A stretch of DNA of 63,142 nucleotides, the filler included, from Octopus bimaculoides (Eukaryota), in NCBI RefSeq assembly GCF_001194135.2. It is 5 parts of 4 records of this genome, joined end to end, with 100 filler letters (N's around TTAATTAATTAA, not from the genome) between each part and the next. Parts side by side here need not be neighbours in the genome. Positions count along the whole stretch, not along the records: positions 47,565 to 60,652 come from NC_069006.1; positions 60,753 to 63,142 come from NW_026407788.1; 3 more parts are not named here. One strand, written 5' to 3'. The translations under genes and the position numbers were made by a program. The notes beneath the pieces were generated by a model. It searched no databases. It was not told the DNA's origin and saw nothing but the letters and a program-made list of their open reading frames with translations. Below are positions 52,844 to 63,142 of this stretch, piece after piece. Position 1 is the stretch's first letter. Each line of letters begins with the position of its first letter.

Positions 52844-53386
52844 CAGGGATCACCAAACTATGGCCCCCAGGCCAGATTGGGCCCACGAGGTCAGTTCATT
52901 CGACCCACCGCACACTGTGTCTTTTATGTAAGTACTTGCAATGAGAGTTCATTTACCTCCAGCATAAACATCGGTGTTTGGAACGACTCGTGTCTGTGAG
53001 CAAACATTTTCAATAATGAAGAATGTGAAGTCAGCAAATCGAATGAGATTGACTGATGAACATTTGAAAGCAATTCTCTTGGTTGGATGCAGCAATTCCA
53101 AAGCAAATATTGGTGACATCTTCAAAAGCTAAACACTAGTTTCACAAATCTCACTAACTCTTTTTGATGTTTAGTTAGTGAGATTCATGTATGTGCGCAC
53201 TTGGTGTGATATAACTATCTTATTGCTAACATCACCTTTTGTGATAACGGTTTGGTAAATAAATATGTTGGTTGTCTTTATTTTTTGAGTATTCACTATA
53301 TTGTATTAAACGAAATAGTTACGCCGCCCGCGCTCATCATTCTCTCAGTTACCTGGCCCGCCGTGAGAAAAGTTTGTTGATCTCTG
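52844..53386 (+). mobile_element. Internally deleted hAT (SPIN/Charlie-like) retaining the C-terminal dimerisation segment
   Basis: TIRs CAGGGATCACCAAACT / AGTTTGTTGATCTCTG; peptide TSVFGTTRVCEQTFSIMKNVKSANRMRLTDEHLKAILLVG; TSD not preserved. Confidence 0.82.
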
Positions 53387-54538
53387 TTGTAAGCCAACAT
53401 ACGGATTTAATAAGTAGCCATATTAAAAAATTACGGACATGTACTTGCATAGCAAGTGACCTGATCTGAGATCGTGTGCTGGAAAGAAAAAAATTGCAGC
53501 GTGGAAGGTGTTTATAAGCCATTAAAAATAACACACAAAAACCGTTAGATTCACTTCGACATTTAAATTTAATTTGCCAAAATATTTTCGTCGCTTTGAG
53601 ACCACGACCTGTTCACTGACAAAATTCCGTATTTGTCAGTGAACNNNNNNNNNNNNNNNNNNNNNNNNNNNNNNNNNNNNNNNNNNNNNNNNNNNNNNNN
53701 NNNNNNNNNNNNNNNNNNNNNNNNNNNNNNNNNNNNNNNNNNNNNNNNNNNNNNNNNNNNNNNNNNNNNNNNNNNNNNNNNNNNNNNNNNNNNNNNNNNN
53801 NNNNNNNNNNNNNNNNNNNNNNNNNNNNNNNNNNNNNNNNNNNNNNNNNNNNNNNNNNNNNNNNNNNNNNNNNNNNNNNNNNNNNNNNNNNNNNNNNNNN
53901 NNNNNNNNNNNNNNNNNNNNNNNNNNNNNNNNNNNNNNNNNNNNNNNNNNNNNNNNNNNNNNNNNNNNNNNNNNNNNNNNNNNNNNNNNNNTCTCGAAAG
54001 ATCTATTAACTCAATAACCAGATGTTATTAAAAAACAACAAACTCATTTTCCCAGTTTCATCTCCCAACAGAAGGATCTCTTTCTCTGGCACATAAAATA
54101 CGCCATTTTGAGCGTGGCCGTTGCCAGTACCTCCTGACTGGCCCTCGTGCCAGTGGCACATAAAAGCACCCACTACACTCTCGGAGTGGTTGGCATTAGG
54201 AAGGGCATCCAGCTGTAGAAACTTTGCCAGACCAGATTGGAGCCTGGTATAGCCATCTGGTTTCACCAGTCCTCAGTCAAATCGTCCAACCCATGCTAGC
54301 ATGGAAAACAGACGTTAAACGATGATGATGATGATGATGACACACATATATATATACACGCATACATATTGTCTTGTGTGTTTGGGTTCTTTTCCCCTCA
54401 TTTTATAAACATTAGAAAGAGGGAAATTGGAGGATGGTTTGGCTGCTATTTACAGTGAGTCAAGCATTGAATAGAGGCATCATCAGTGCCCGTGGTTGAG
54501 ACACTGATAGGATCTGAACTCAGAACGTAAAAGAATGA

Positions 54539-54905
54539 AGGCATGGCTGTGAGGTAAGAAGTTTACTTCCCAACTCCATGATTCTAGGTTCAGTCACACT
54601 GTGTGACATCGTGTACCGGTGTTTCCTAGTATAGCCTCGGGTTGGTAGACAGAAACTGAACGAAGCCTGTCACACACATATATGTATGCGTGTGCGTGTG
54701 TCTGTGTTTTCCCACCATCATCGTTTGACAACTGGTGTTGGTGTGTTTACATCCCTGTAACTTATCAGTTCTGCAAAAACAGATTGATAGAATAAGTGTT
54801 AGGCTTAAGAAATAAGTCCTGGAGTTGATTTGCTCAACTAGAACCCTTCAAGGTTGTGCTCCAGCATGGACGCAGCCAAATGACTAAAACAAGTAAAAGA
54901 ATACA
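54539..54905 (+). mobile_element. Family C SINE; further copies at 58357-58710 (+), 60366-60414 (+, cut by gap) and 62320-62476 (-)
   Basis: tRNA-like head gcatggctgtgaggtaag...ggttcagtc, body ggtagacagaaactgaa, 3' part gatagaataag...gtgctccagcatgg. Confidence 0.85.
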
Positions 54906-55289
54906 AGAGAGGGAGTCCCTTATTGGGCCCATGGTAGTTCATTTCATTGACTTTGGATGTACAAAAGCACAGCACTGCCAGAATTTGAACTCAAGCAGAC
55001 AGACAAATAGGAGGAAAACAGAGAAAGAGAGAGAAAGAGAGATAGAGATAGAATAGACTGATATACTGATAGAGAGGGACAGACATACAATAGACTGAAG
55101 TACTGAGAAAGAGAGACGGAGAGAGAGAGAGAAACGATAGACTGATATTGCTTCTGTTTGACAGAGAGGGATAAACATATATATGAATCTATTGTTTCTC
55201 TCTCTCTCTCTGCCAGATTACTGTACAGAGAGATAGACAGACAGACGGACAGACACCAGTTGAGAGCAAGACATAAAGCCTGTCCTTAC

Positions 55290-55486
55290 CAATTCCAATT
55301 TTGCTAGTTACAGGCACTTTACACTGGATACATTTTTTAATCATAATTTTTAGGCTACAGTCTTCGCAGGTCACCACATGACCACAGGGCTGGAACTTCA
55401 CAGTTGCCTGTTTATCAGAACACAGCAAACAATCTTTGATATGACTTCTTGGATCATCGATATGGTCTGGCACTTGTTGTCCCATT
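55290..55486 (-). CDS. MIB2: MIB2 exon encoding RING finger 1, 197 nt, phase 2-1
   Basis: Acceptor ctcttccatag|A ATG, donor ATT G|gtaagg. Translates MGQQVPDHIDDPRSHIKDCLLCSDKQATVKFQPCGHVVTCEDCSLKIMIKKCIQCKVPVTSKIGI (C3HC4 RING). Confidence 0.93.
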
Positions 55487-55572
55487 CTATGGAAGAGAGA
55501 AAGTAAAGATGAGTAATAAAAGAGAGAAGAAGCTGCATACACACTCACAAACACAGGGAGAAAGAATTTATA

Positions 55573-56209
55573 CAGGGTGGCCCAAAAGCAGGTTTACAGT
55601 TATTACGTTGGCACTTTAAATTTCTTTTAAAATATTTTATTACATTTAAATTTCTATCTTGCAATTAACTAAATTAGCATAGAATAATGGTTTCATCTGT
55701 ACCAGTAGATCACTAAGAGCACCGTCCGAGCGTGATCGTTGCCGAGCACCAGCTGTCTGGCTTCCGAGCTGGTAGTACGTAAATAGCACCATTTGAACGT
55801 GATTGTTCCTGGCACATGAAAAGACATTCAAGCGAGTTCGTTGCCAGTATCACTGGACTGGCTCCTGTGCAGGTGGCATGTAAAATACACCATTTCGAGC
55901 ATGGCCGTTGCCAGTACCTCCTGACTGGCTTTCGTGCTGGTGGCACGTAAAAGCACCCACTACACTCTCTGAGTGGTTGGCGTTAGGAAGGGCATCCAGC
56001 TGTAGAAACTCTGCCAAATCAGATTGGAGCCTGGTGTAGCCGTCTGGTTTCACCAGTCCTCAGTCAAATCGTCCAACCCATGCTAGCATGGAAAGCGGAC
56101 GTTAAACGATGATGATGATGATTTCTTTTATAATTAAGATCTAAACTGTTAATATATGAATGCAAAAGAGATAGTTGAATAACTGTAAACCTACTTCTGG
56201 GTTATCCTG
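55573..56209. mobile_element. Tc1/mariner MITE with a family B retroposon inserted inside
   Basis: TA|CAGGGTGGCCCAAAAGCAGGTTTACAGTTATT ... AATAACTGTAAACCTACTTCTGGGTTATCCTG|TA. Confidence 0.85.
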
Positions 56210-56789
56210 TATAAGAATCTGTTAGCTGAAGTGTGAGGCAAAGCGCAAGAGAAAAAGACAGTGAGAGAAAAGAAAGAGAAAGAAGTGTTAACGATGTGCT
56301 GTAGGGTGGGGAGAGAAAAGTAAAGAGAAAGAGAAATGTTTAGGATGCAATGTTCAGCAGAGCGTAATGTTCTGGTGGTGAGGTTAAAGAAAGGCTGATA
56401 AAGAGAGATGGGGAGGGCAGGCAGTTACATTAAGAGAGAGGTAGAGAGAGAGAGAGTTAGTGGAAGTGAGAGGTGAAGAGACAGAAAGAAATGTTAAAGA
56501 CATGAAGATGGGAATTACATGGTTTAAAAGATTATTGAAGAGGTAGAGAGAAAAAGAGAAATCTAAAATGCTTAGTAGAGCATTTAATATATTATAATCT
56601 AATATATTATTGTGACTGGAAGTGAAATACTTAGCAAAATAAAAATAAAAATGCAAATCATTTAATCTTTCTTAAACAGCTTCTCTTAATCTTTCCCGTT
56701 CTGTGGAATTTCCATGGGTTCCACTAATTCAGAATAATTTTCTTTAGACAGTATATAATTCTTTGTGTAATACTTGAGACTTCTTGTGC

Positions 56790-57245
56790 CTCTACATTTT
56801 ACACACTTCAAAGTTGACAGTTCTTTGTTCAGTAATCACCTCTGGCAGGTTTGCAGGAAGGGGGGGGGGGCGCAGAATGCCTGCTCTCGATCTACAGCAG
56901 CAATGACATCTGATGCATGTGAAGGAAGCTACTGCTCTTTCATATTCTCTCTGTCCTCAATGGTTCGAATTATGAGCTTTAGCAACCACTGCCCTCCTCC
57001 CATGTGTCTGGGAAGATGCCGGAGTTCTTCATACGTCTCTTCAGAACATCCCTGTATCATGACTTTTGGCCAGCATGGCTCTGCCTGCCCTGATCTAAGT
57101 TCAGTATAGAAAATTGCCTTTAGGAGCCTACTCTGCATCCTTCAAACATGCCCTGCTCAGCACTGCTGCAATGAGTCAATGAGGGCCTCCACACTAATTG
57201 CACCAGTGAAGCACAGCACCTCTGCACCAGGAATCTGACCCTGCC
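56790..57245 (-). mobile_element. Old RTE LINE C-terminal fragment
   Basis: QIPGAEVL..SVEALI...AGHV*RMQSRLLKAIFYTELRSG matches the RTE C-terminal WAGHV.RM...RLPK..LYGEL pattern. Confidence 0.7.
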
Positions 57246-57538
57246 ATCCTACATCATCATCATTATCATCACTTAATGTCTGCTTTCCAAGCTGGCATGG
57301 GTTGGAGAGATTGTACATAACACTATATATTAGTGTATATGATGATGTATGATGATGATGATGATGATGATGATATGAATGACAATAATGTTAGTCAGAA
57401 GAAATGAAGGAATTGTGCCTTAGTTTGTTTCTGTATCAGGACAGAAAGTCATCAGATTTTCCAGGAAAGTGAAATAGAATAAAATAAAATAAAGTAAAAC
57501 AGTTGTATTACTACATTTAAGAATTCCTTGTGTTGTGC

Positions 57539-58129
57539 CAGTGCCATTGCGTGACTTTTAGAGGACCCTTGAAACTTTCCGTTTTGAAGCCCTTCAATCA
57601 AAATTCATAATCTACGCACCTTTTATTCATAGCTATATTTTACTTTTATCTGAAGTTCAATATTTCACATTATCCTAAAGAACATCTTCAGAAGTACAAG
57701 TTAAATTTATTCAGGTCTATCACAAATTTCAATGAGTAAAACTTCCAGACATGAATAAAAGAGCTTTTTGATAATCCAGGCAACTTTCAAAGACAAACAA
57801 GGTGCACTTTTCACTTCGTGAAATCCTAGATCACTTCAGAATAATCAAGCTGAGAGCTAAGTTTGTGTTCCATAGATATCAGAGACAATCTACAAAGTCT
57901 GGTACACATTCGTGGTACGAGATAATATTTTTATAAGAACTTTTGCAGGTACAATGTATTACCATTTTATTTCTTGAATTTTCATTTAACATAGACAGTT
58001 TTATTCTTGTTCAATATCTTAACCAAAGTAAATAGATGACTCATCTACATACTTTGATCTTAACATGGGCCCTCAACCGCAGAGGCCCCCTGTGACCGCA
58101 AGGGTTGCAGGGGCTTAGCGACAGCCTTG
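57539..58129 (-). mobile_element. Internally deleted hAT element, 591 bp
   Basis: Perfect 8-bp TSD TGTTGTGC (57531-57538, 58130-58137); CAG/CAA-starting GC-rich ends; remnant peptide RLCRLSLISMEHKLSSQLDYSEVI*DFTK*K typical of hAT C-termini. Confidence 0.85.
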
Positions 58130-58921
58130 TGTTGTGCTTGACAATTCTAGTGCCCCTACACTCCCAAATACTTTAAAAAAAAAAAAAAAAAAAAAAAAAT
58201 CTAATAAATGTAAATATTTAATTTTATTCTATTTCATTTCCTGGGGAAAAAAATTTGAAAACTTTTTGTACATCATCATCATTTAATGTCTGTCTTCCCT
58301 GCAGGCATGAGGCTGGAGAGTTGCACCAAAATCCAGTTGTCTGTTTTGGCAAGGTTCCACATGGATCCAGATTCATTCCCACTGCGTGGCACCTTGGGCA
58401 AGTGTCTTCTACTATAGCCTCAGGCCAACCAAAGCCTTGTGAGTGGATTTGGAAGGCAGAAACTGAAGGAAACCCTTTGTATATATATGTGTGTGTGTGT
58501 GTGTGTTTTTGTGTCTGTGTTTGTGCCCCCATCACTGCTTGACAACCAGTGTTGGCATGTCCCCATAACTTAGCAGTTCGGCAAAAAGACAAATAGAATA
58601 AGTACTAGGCTTAAAAATAAAAAAAAGGTCCTGGGGTTGATTTGTTCAACTAAAATCCTTCAAGGCAGTGCTCCAGTATGACTGCAGCCAAATGACTAAA
58701 ACAAGTAAAAGAAGTATATATGTGTGTGTGTGTATGTGTGTGTGTGTGTGTTTCTGTTTGTTTTTATATAGCCAGTGTGTGAGTATAAATGGATACCATG
58801 TTTATGTGGCTTCTAAACAACTAAAATCAACAATAACAGGGGACATAAACGCAGTTAGATAGAAAATTCTCCCAAATTAAAACAAGGCAAATTTATGTTA
58901 CCACTGTCCTTCCATACTTAC

Positions 58922-59097
58922 GAAATTGCAGCAAACCTCTTCACTCTCTCTTCCAATATCGAATCGCCGATGATGTCGAGTGGTGTAACCTTTCGGTGGT
59001 TTTTATGGTAAAGATCTGCACCTCGTTGTGCAAGATAACAAGCTACAACCACACCCGAACGCTCATCTTCTTCGCTTAAGCCAAGTTGTGAACGAAT
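58922..59097 (-). CDS. MIB2: MIB2 internal exon (last ankyrin repeat and linker), 176 nt, phase 0-2
   Basis: Acceptor atttctttcag|ATT, donor TC|gtaagt. Translates IRSQLGLSEEDERSGVVVACYLAQRGADLYHKNHRKVTPLDIIGDSILEERVKRFAAI(S). Not in the ORF track, but joins both neighbouring exons in frame. Confidence 0.92.
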
Positions 59098-59493
59098 CTG
59101 AAAGAAATAAAACTGATAAGATATATAAACAGAGAAGGCTTCATCGCATTCACATATTCAGACATACAACTTCGTCTCTTTCTTAAATAAAGCCACTCTC
59201 TTTCTCTTTCTTTCTTACATAGTCTCTCTCTCTCTCTCTCTCTCTTTTTCTATCTTTCTTTCCTCCATAGTCTCTGTCTTTGTCTGTTTGTCTCTCTTTC
59301 TAACATACAGTCTCTTCTATTTCTTTCTATACATCACATAAGCTGTTCCTCTCTAACACACAAGAACAACCACCACATGCACTCTTTCACTTTCTCACAC
59401 ATTCAGACACTCTCTTTCTTCCTCTCTCTCCCTCTCACTCATGTTCACACTCACACACACACACACACCAAAACCCCAAATGTTTCCACTTAC

Positions 59494-59703
59494 TCCATCT
59501 AGTACATGTGAGTGTTCACTCTCGCTGCCAACAGTCTGCCTCAAGAGAGCCAGATGTAAGCAGATATCTCCGTCTTCATCTTCGGCGTTGATTTCCGCTC
59601 CTTTTGACACCAGGAATTCCGTCAAACCTATATGGCCCTGGGACACGGCAAGGAGAAGTGGAGTCTGTTGACGATTGTTCCGAATATCCAATTGTGCTTG
59701 GCC
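59494..59703 (-). CDS. MIB2: MIB2 internal exon (ankyrin repeats), 210 nt, phase 0-0; most 5' exon visible in window
   Basis: Acceptor ...gttttctag|GGC, donor GGA|gtaagt. Translates GQAQLDIRNNRQQTPLLLAVSQGHIGLTEFLVSKGAEINAEDEDGDICLHLALLRQTVGSESEHSHVLDG, a clear ankyrin-repeat pattern; phase fits the next exon. Confidence 0.93.
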
Positions 59704-59894
59704 CTAGAAAACAGAGAGAGAGATGTTAGTGGTAATGATGATGATGATGGTGGCAGTGGTGTAGCTAAAGGGGGAAGAGGAGAGACCACACTCCTCCGTG
59801 GCACATTTTTTCAAAATTGGGCCTTTTTTCAGCATTTATTATTTTTAACTCTTTAGTTTATTTGTGTAATGAAGATTGAATCTCTATTTTTTTG

Positions 59895-60311
59895 TGTCCC
59901 AAAAAGATGTGGGATGAAGTGGTGGGAAGGGATCTTCGGCTGCTGGGCCTTACTGAGAAAATGATAAGGGACCGGGAGATGTACTGATTTGCTGTACTTG
60001 ATCAGACGCATCAAGCTAAGTAAAACCTCTGTCTTCCACACACAGAGGCTTGTCCTTTGCAGGTGTCCCTTAAAAAGTACTGGTGCCCATGCTGCGTTAA
60101 CGCATTCATGATGGTGCTGCGTAAACACACCTGTGCCAGTGGCACATAAGAAGCACATTCTGTTAAGTGGTTGGCATTAGGAAGGGCATCCACCTGTAGA
60201 AATCATGCCACAACAGACAGTTGGAGTCTGGACAGTGCCCTGCTAGCTAGCTACAAACCGTCTAACCCATGCCAGCATAGAAAGCAGACGTTAAATGCTG
60301 ATGATGATGTT
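59895..60311 (+). mobile_element. RTE LINE 3' end (last codons + 3' UTR + (GAT)n)
   Basis: WDEVVGRDL-like end, then the tail shared with family B. Confidence 0.78.
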
Positions 60312-61200
60312 AATCACATGGCCTTGGCATAACTTTCTGGACTCATTCCTTTATTTGACCAACCAGGCACAGGAGTGGCTGTGTGGTAAGTACCTTGCTT
60401 ACCAACCACATGGTNNNNNNNNNNTGCCCATGCTGCGTTAACGCATTCATGATGGTGCTGCGTAAACACACCTGTGCCAGTGGCACATAAGAAGCACATT
60501 CTGTTAAGTGGTTGGCATTAGGAAGGGCATCCACCTGTAGAAATCATGCCACAACAGACAGTTGGAGTCTGGACAGTGCCCTGCTAGCTAGCTACAAACC
60601 GTCTAACCCATGCCAGCATAGAAAGCAGACGTTAAATGCTGATGATGATGTTNNNNNNNNNNNNNNNNNNNNNNNNNNNNNNNNNNNNNNNNNNNNTTAA
60701 TTAATTAANNNNNNNNNNNNNNNNNNNNNNNNNNNNNNNNNNNNNNNNNNNNTTGACCGATGCACACTTATGTTGCCGGGCTGTTTTATATCGTAGTCCT
60801 TTGGGTAACCCATGCGTGTTTTGTCCCTGTAAAACAGATGTAGCATATTGTATAGTGGTAGGGGTGGTGGTGGTGGTGGTAGTAGAGGTGGCGGTGGTAG
60901 TAGTAGAGGTGATGGTAGTGAAGGTGGTAGTAGTAGAGGTGGTGGTAGTGGAGGTGGTAGTAGAGGTGGAGGTTGTGATGGTGATGGTGACAGTGGAGAT
61001 AGTGATAATGGTGACAGTGGTGGGGTTGGTGTTGGATTAGGTTTTAGGGTGTTAGTACAGGTGGTAGTGGTAGCAGTCATGGTGGTGGTGGTGAGGTTTG
61101 TGATAGTGGAGATTTTGCTCGAGATGGTGATGGTGATCATTCTGGTAAGGATGATGATGATGATGCTGAAGATTGTAATGGTATTTGTGGGCAAGTTGGT

Positions 61201-61351
61201 GGAGGTGCAATGGCCCAGTGGTTAGGGCAGCGGACCCACGGTTTCGATTCCCAGACCGGGCGTTTATTGAGCGAAAACACCTAAAGCCCCACGAGGCTCC
61301 GGCAGGGGATGGTGGCGAACCCTGCTGTACTCTTTCACCACAACTTTCTCT
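61201..61351 (+). mobile_element. tRNA-derived SINE, family D, cut by gap
   Basis: A-box TGGCCCAGTGG (61211-61221) and B-box-like GGTTTCGATTCCC (61240-61252) followed by a non-tRNA body; no cloverleaf. Confidence 0.8.
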
Positions 61352-63142
61352 CACTCTTACTTCCTGTTTCTNNNNNNNNNNNNNNNNNNNNNNNNNNNNN
61401 NNNNNNNNNNNNNNNNNNNNNNNNNNNNNNNNNNNNNNNNNNNNNNNNNNNNNNNNNNNNNNNNNNNNNNNNNNNNNNNNNNNNNNNNNNNNNNNNNNNN
61501 NNNNNNNNNNNNNNNNNNNNNNNNNNNNNNNNNNNNNNNNNNNNNNNNNNNNNNNNNNNNNNNNNNNNNNNNNNNNNNNNNNNNNNNNNNNNNNNNNNNN
61601 NNNNNNNNNNNNNNNNNNNNNNNNNNNNNNNNNNNNNNNNNNNNNNNNNNNNNNNNNNNNNNNNNNNNNNNNNNNNNNNNNNNNNNNNNNNNNNNNNNNN
61701 NNNNNNNNNNNNNNNNNNNNNNNNNNNNNNNNNNNNNNNNNNNNNNNNNNNNNNNNNNNNNNNNNNNNNNNNNNNNNNNNNNNNNNNNNNNNNNNNNNNN
61801 NNNNNNNNNNNNNNNNNNNNNNNNNNNNNNNNNNNNNNNNNNNNNNNNNNNNNNNNNNNNNNNNNNNNNNNNNNNNNNNNNNNNNNNNNNNNNNNNNNNN
61901 NNNNNNNNNNNNNNNNNNNNNNNNNNNNNNNNNNNNNNNNNNNNNNNNNNNNNNNNNNNNNNNNNNNNNNNNNNNNNNNNNNNNNNNNNNNNNNNNNNNN
62001 NNNNNNNNNNNNNNNNNNNNNNNNNNNNNNNNNNNNNNNNNNNNNNNNNNNNNNNNNNNNNNNNNNNNNNNNNNNNNNNNNNNNNNNNNNNNNNNNNNNN
62101 NNNNNNNNNNNNNNNNNNNNNNNNNNNNNNNNNNNNNNNNNNNNNNNNNNNNNNNNNNNNNNNNNNNNNNNNNNNNNNNNNNNNNNNNNNNNNNNNNNNN
62201 NNNNNNNNNNNNNNNNNNNNNNNNNNNNNNNNNNNNNNNNNNNNNNNNNNNNNNNNNNNNNNNNNNNNNNNNNNNNNNNNNNNNNACACACAAACATATA
62301 TATATATACATATATACGACGGGCTTCTTTCAGTTTCCGTCTACCAAATCCACTCAGAAGGCTTTGGTCGGCCCGAGGCTATAGTAGAAGACACTTGCCC
62401 AAGGTGCCACGCATTGGGACTGAACCCAGAACCATGTGGTTGGTAAGCAAGCTACTTACCACACAGCCACTCCCGCGCCTATATTTATATATATATATAT
62501 ACAAACATACACACACATCCTGAGTCATAGCTCTTCTATCTTCTCTGTCACCTCGCCTCTATTCCAGTACACCACACCCAGTATGCTGCGGCACACTGAT
62601 GTGCCACAAGAAGATACTAGGTGTGCCACAGCGTAACCTGAATATAATTTTCTCCCCCTAAACTTTCAGTTATGTTTACAGTCCAGGTGTGCTGCCGAAC
62701 TTCAAAAATCCCATGGGTGTACCGCAAGTGAAAAAAATGTTGCCGAGCCCTGGTCTGTCCTCTCCACCTCAATCTTTCACTCTCATTTCATCTCTCTTTC
62801 TCACCATCTCTTTCTTTCTTTCTTTCGTTCCTACATCACTCTACAATGAAACCAGAAGCCACATCGATTTACCAGCTGCTCTGTAGTACATAGGGAGAAT
62901 ATTCCATCCGTTGTGCTGTAATGGTAAAATCATCTTCTTCGTAACCCATCATTGTGCCTCTTCCCTTTCACTGCCCCTGCGTCAGTTGCTCCTCAGCCTG
63001 TCTAGAAGCCCTTTCTCTCCGCCCGTATGTCTGTCTGTCACTCGGCCTGTCTGTCTGTTAGTCTCTCAAACTCTGACGAAACTGGTTCTGTTCGACAAAT
63101 GAATCATAAAGCGCTTTTAGTGTCCTTCTTTTCTCTGTCTGC

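Noticed and set aside
53054-53075. CTGATGA-ACATTT-GAAA, a minimal hammerhead look-alike
   Set aside because: No stem II pairing; it is simply the codons TDEHLK of the hAT remnant.
60084-60652. Exact 228-bp direct duplication (60084-60311 = 60425-60652)
   Set aside because: 100% identical and bounded by N gaps; most likely an unmerged contig overlap. The same pattern occurs at about 33365-33465.
5920-60708. Four identical TTAATTAATTAA islands (5920, 19610, 47509, 60697) that could look like a recurring motif
   Set aside because: Each is centred in 44 N + 12 + 44 N = 100 bp: an artificial six-frame-stop gap spacer.
60697-61225. Pro-rich and Gly-rich ORFs resembling extensin or glycine-rich proteins (similar at 9.6, 23.0, 36.0 and 42.0-43.0 kb)
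   Set aside because: Degenerate (GGT/GAT/CAC)n tracts, open on both strands, with no splice support; this one lies in a MIB2 intron.
61201-61260. Possible tRNA gene
   Set aside because: A and B boxes are present but there is no cloverleaf, and it continues into a SINE body.
62575-62752. Possible complete hAT MITE ending GTTGCCGAGCCCTG (similar partial end at about 45330)
   Set aside because: Only one terminus recognisable; no matching TIR or TSD found.

Overview
AT-rich, repeat-dense animal genomic scaffold with many N gaps. The SINE/RTE repeat content looks octopus-like, but the species is an inference. No prokaryotic systems, CRISPR arrays, rRNA or intact tRNA genes were found. One protein-coding gene is well supported: the 3' end of mind bomb 2 (MIB2, ankyrin + two RING E3 ligase) on the minus strand. 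It reconstructs as four GT-AG exons with matching phases (59703-59494, 59097-58922, 55486-55290, 49806-49583); the 5' part lies outside the window or in gaps. The rest is microsatellites plus decayed and often nested mobile elements: a Ty3/gypsy LTR element, a Penelope-like element, CR1- and RTE-type LINE pieces, three tRNA-derived SINE families, and mariner/Tc1, hAT and piggyBac MITEs. Most ORFs in the supplied track are microsatellite or gap artefacts. Best leads: a degenerate hammerhead-ribozyme-like fold in the gypsy LTR; a sharp CpG-rich to CpG-depleted switch near 19.6-20 kb that may mark a hidden gene body; a candidate compact multi-exon gene at 10.4-11.2 kb; minisatellites built from transcription-factor-like motifs; an ABAB SINE array; and several long hairpins. 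I cannot claim a confirmed novel system.
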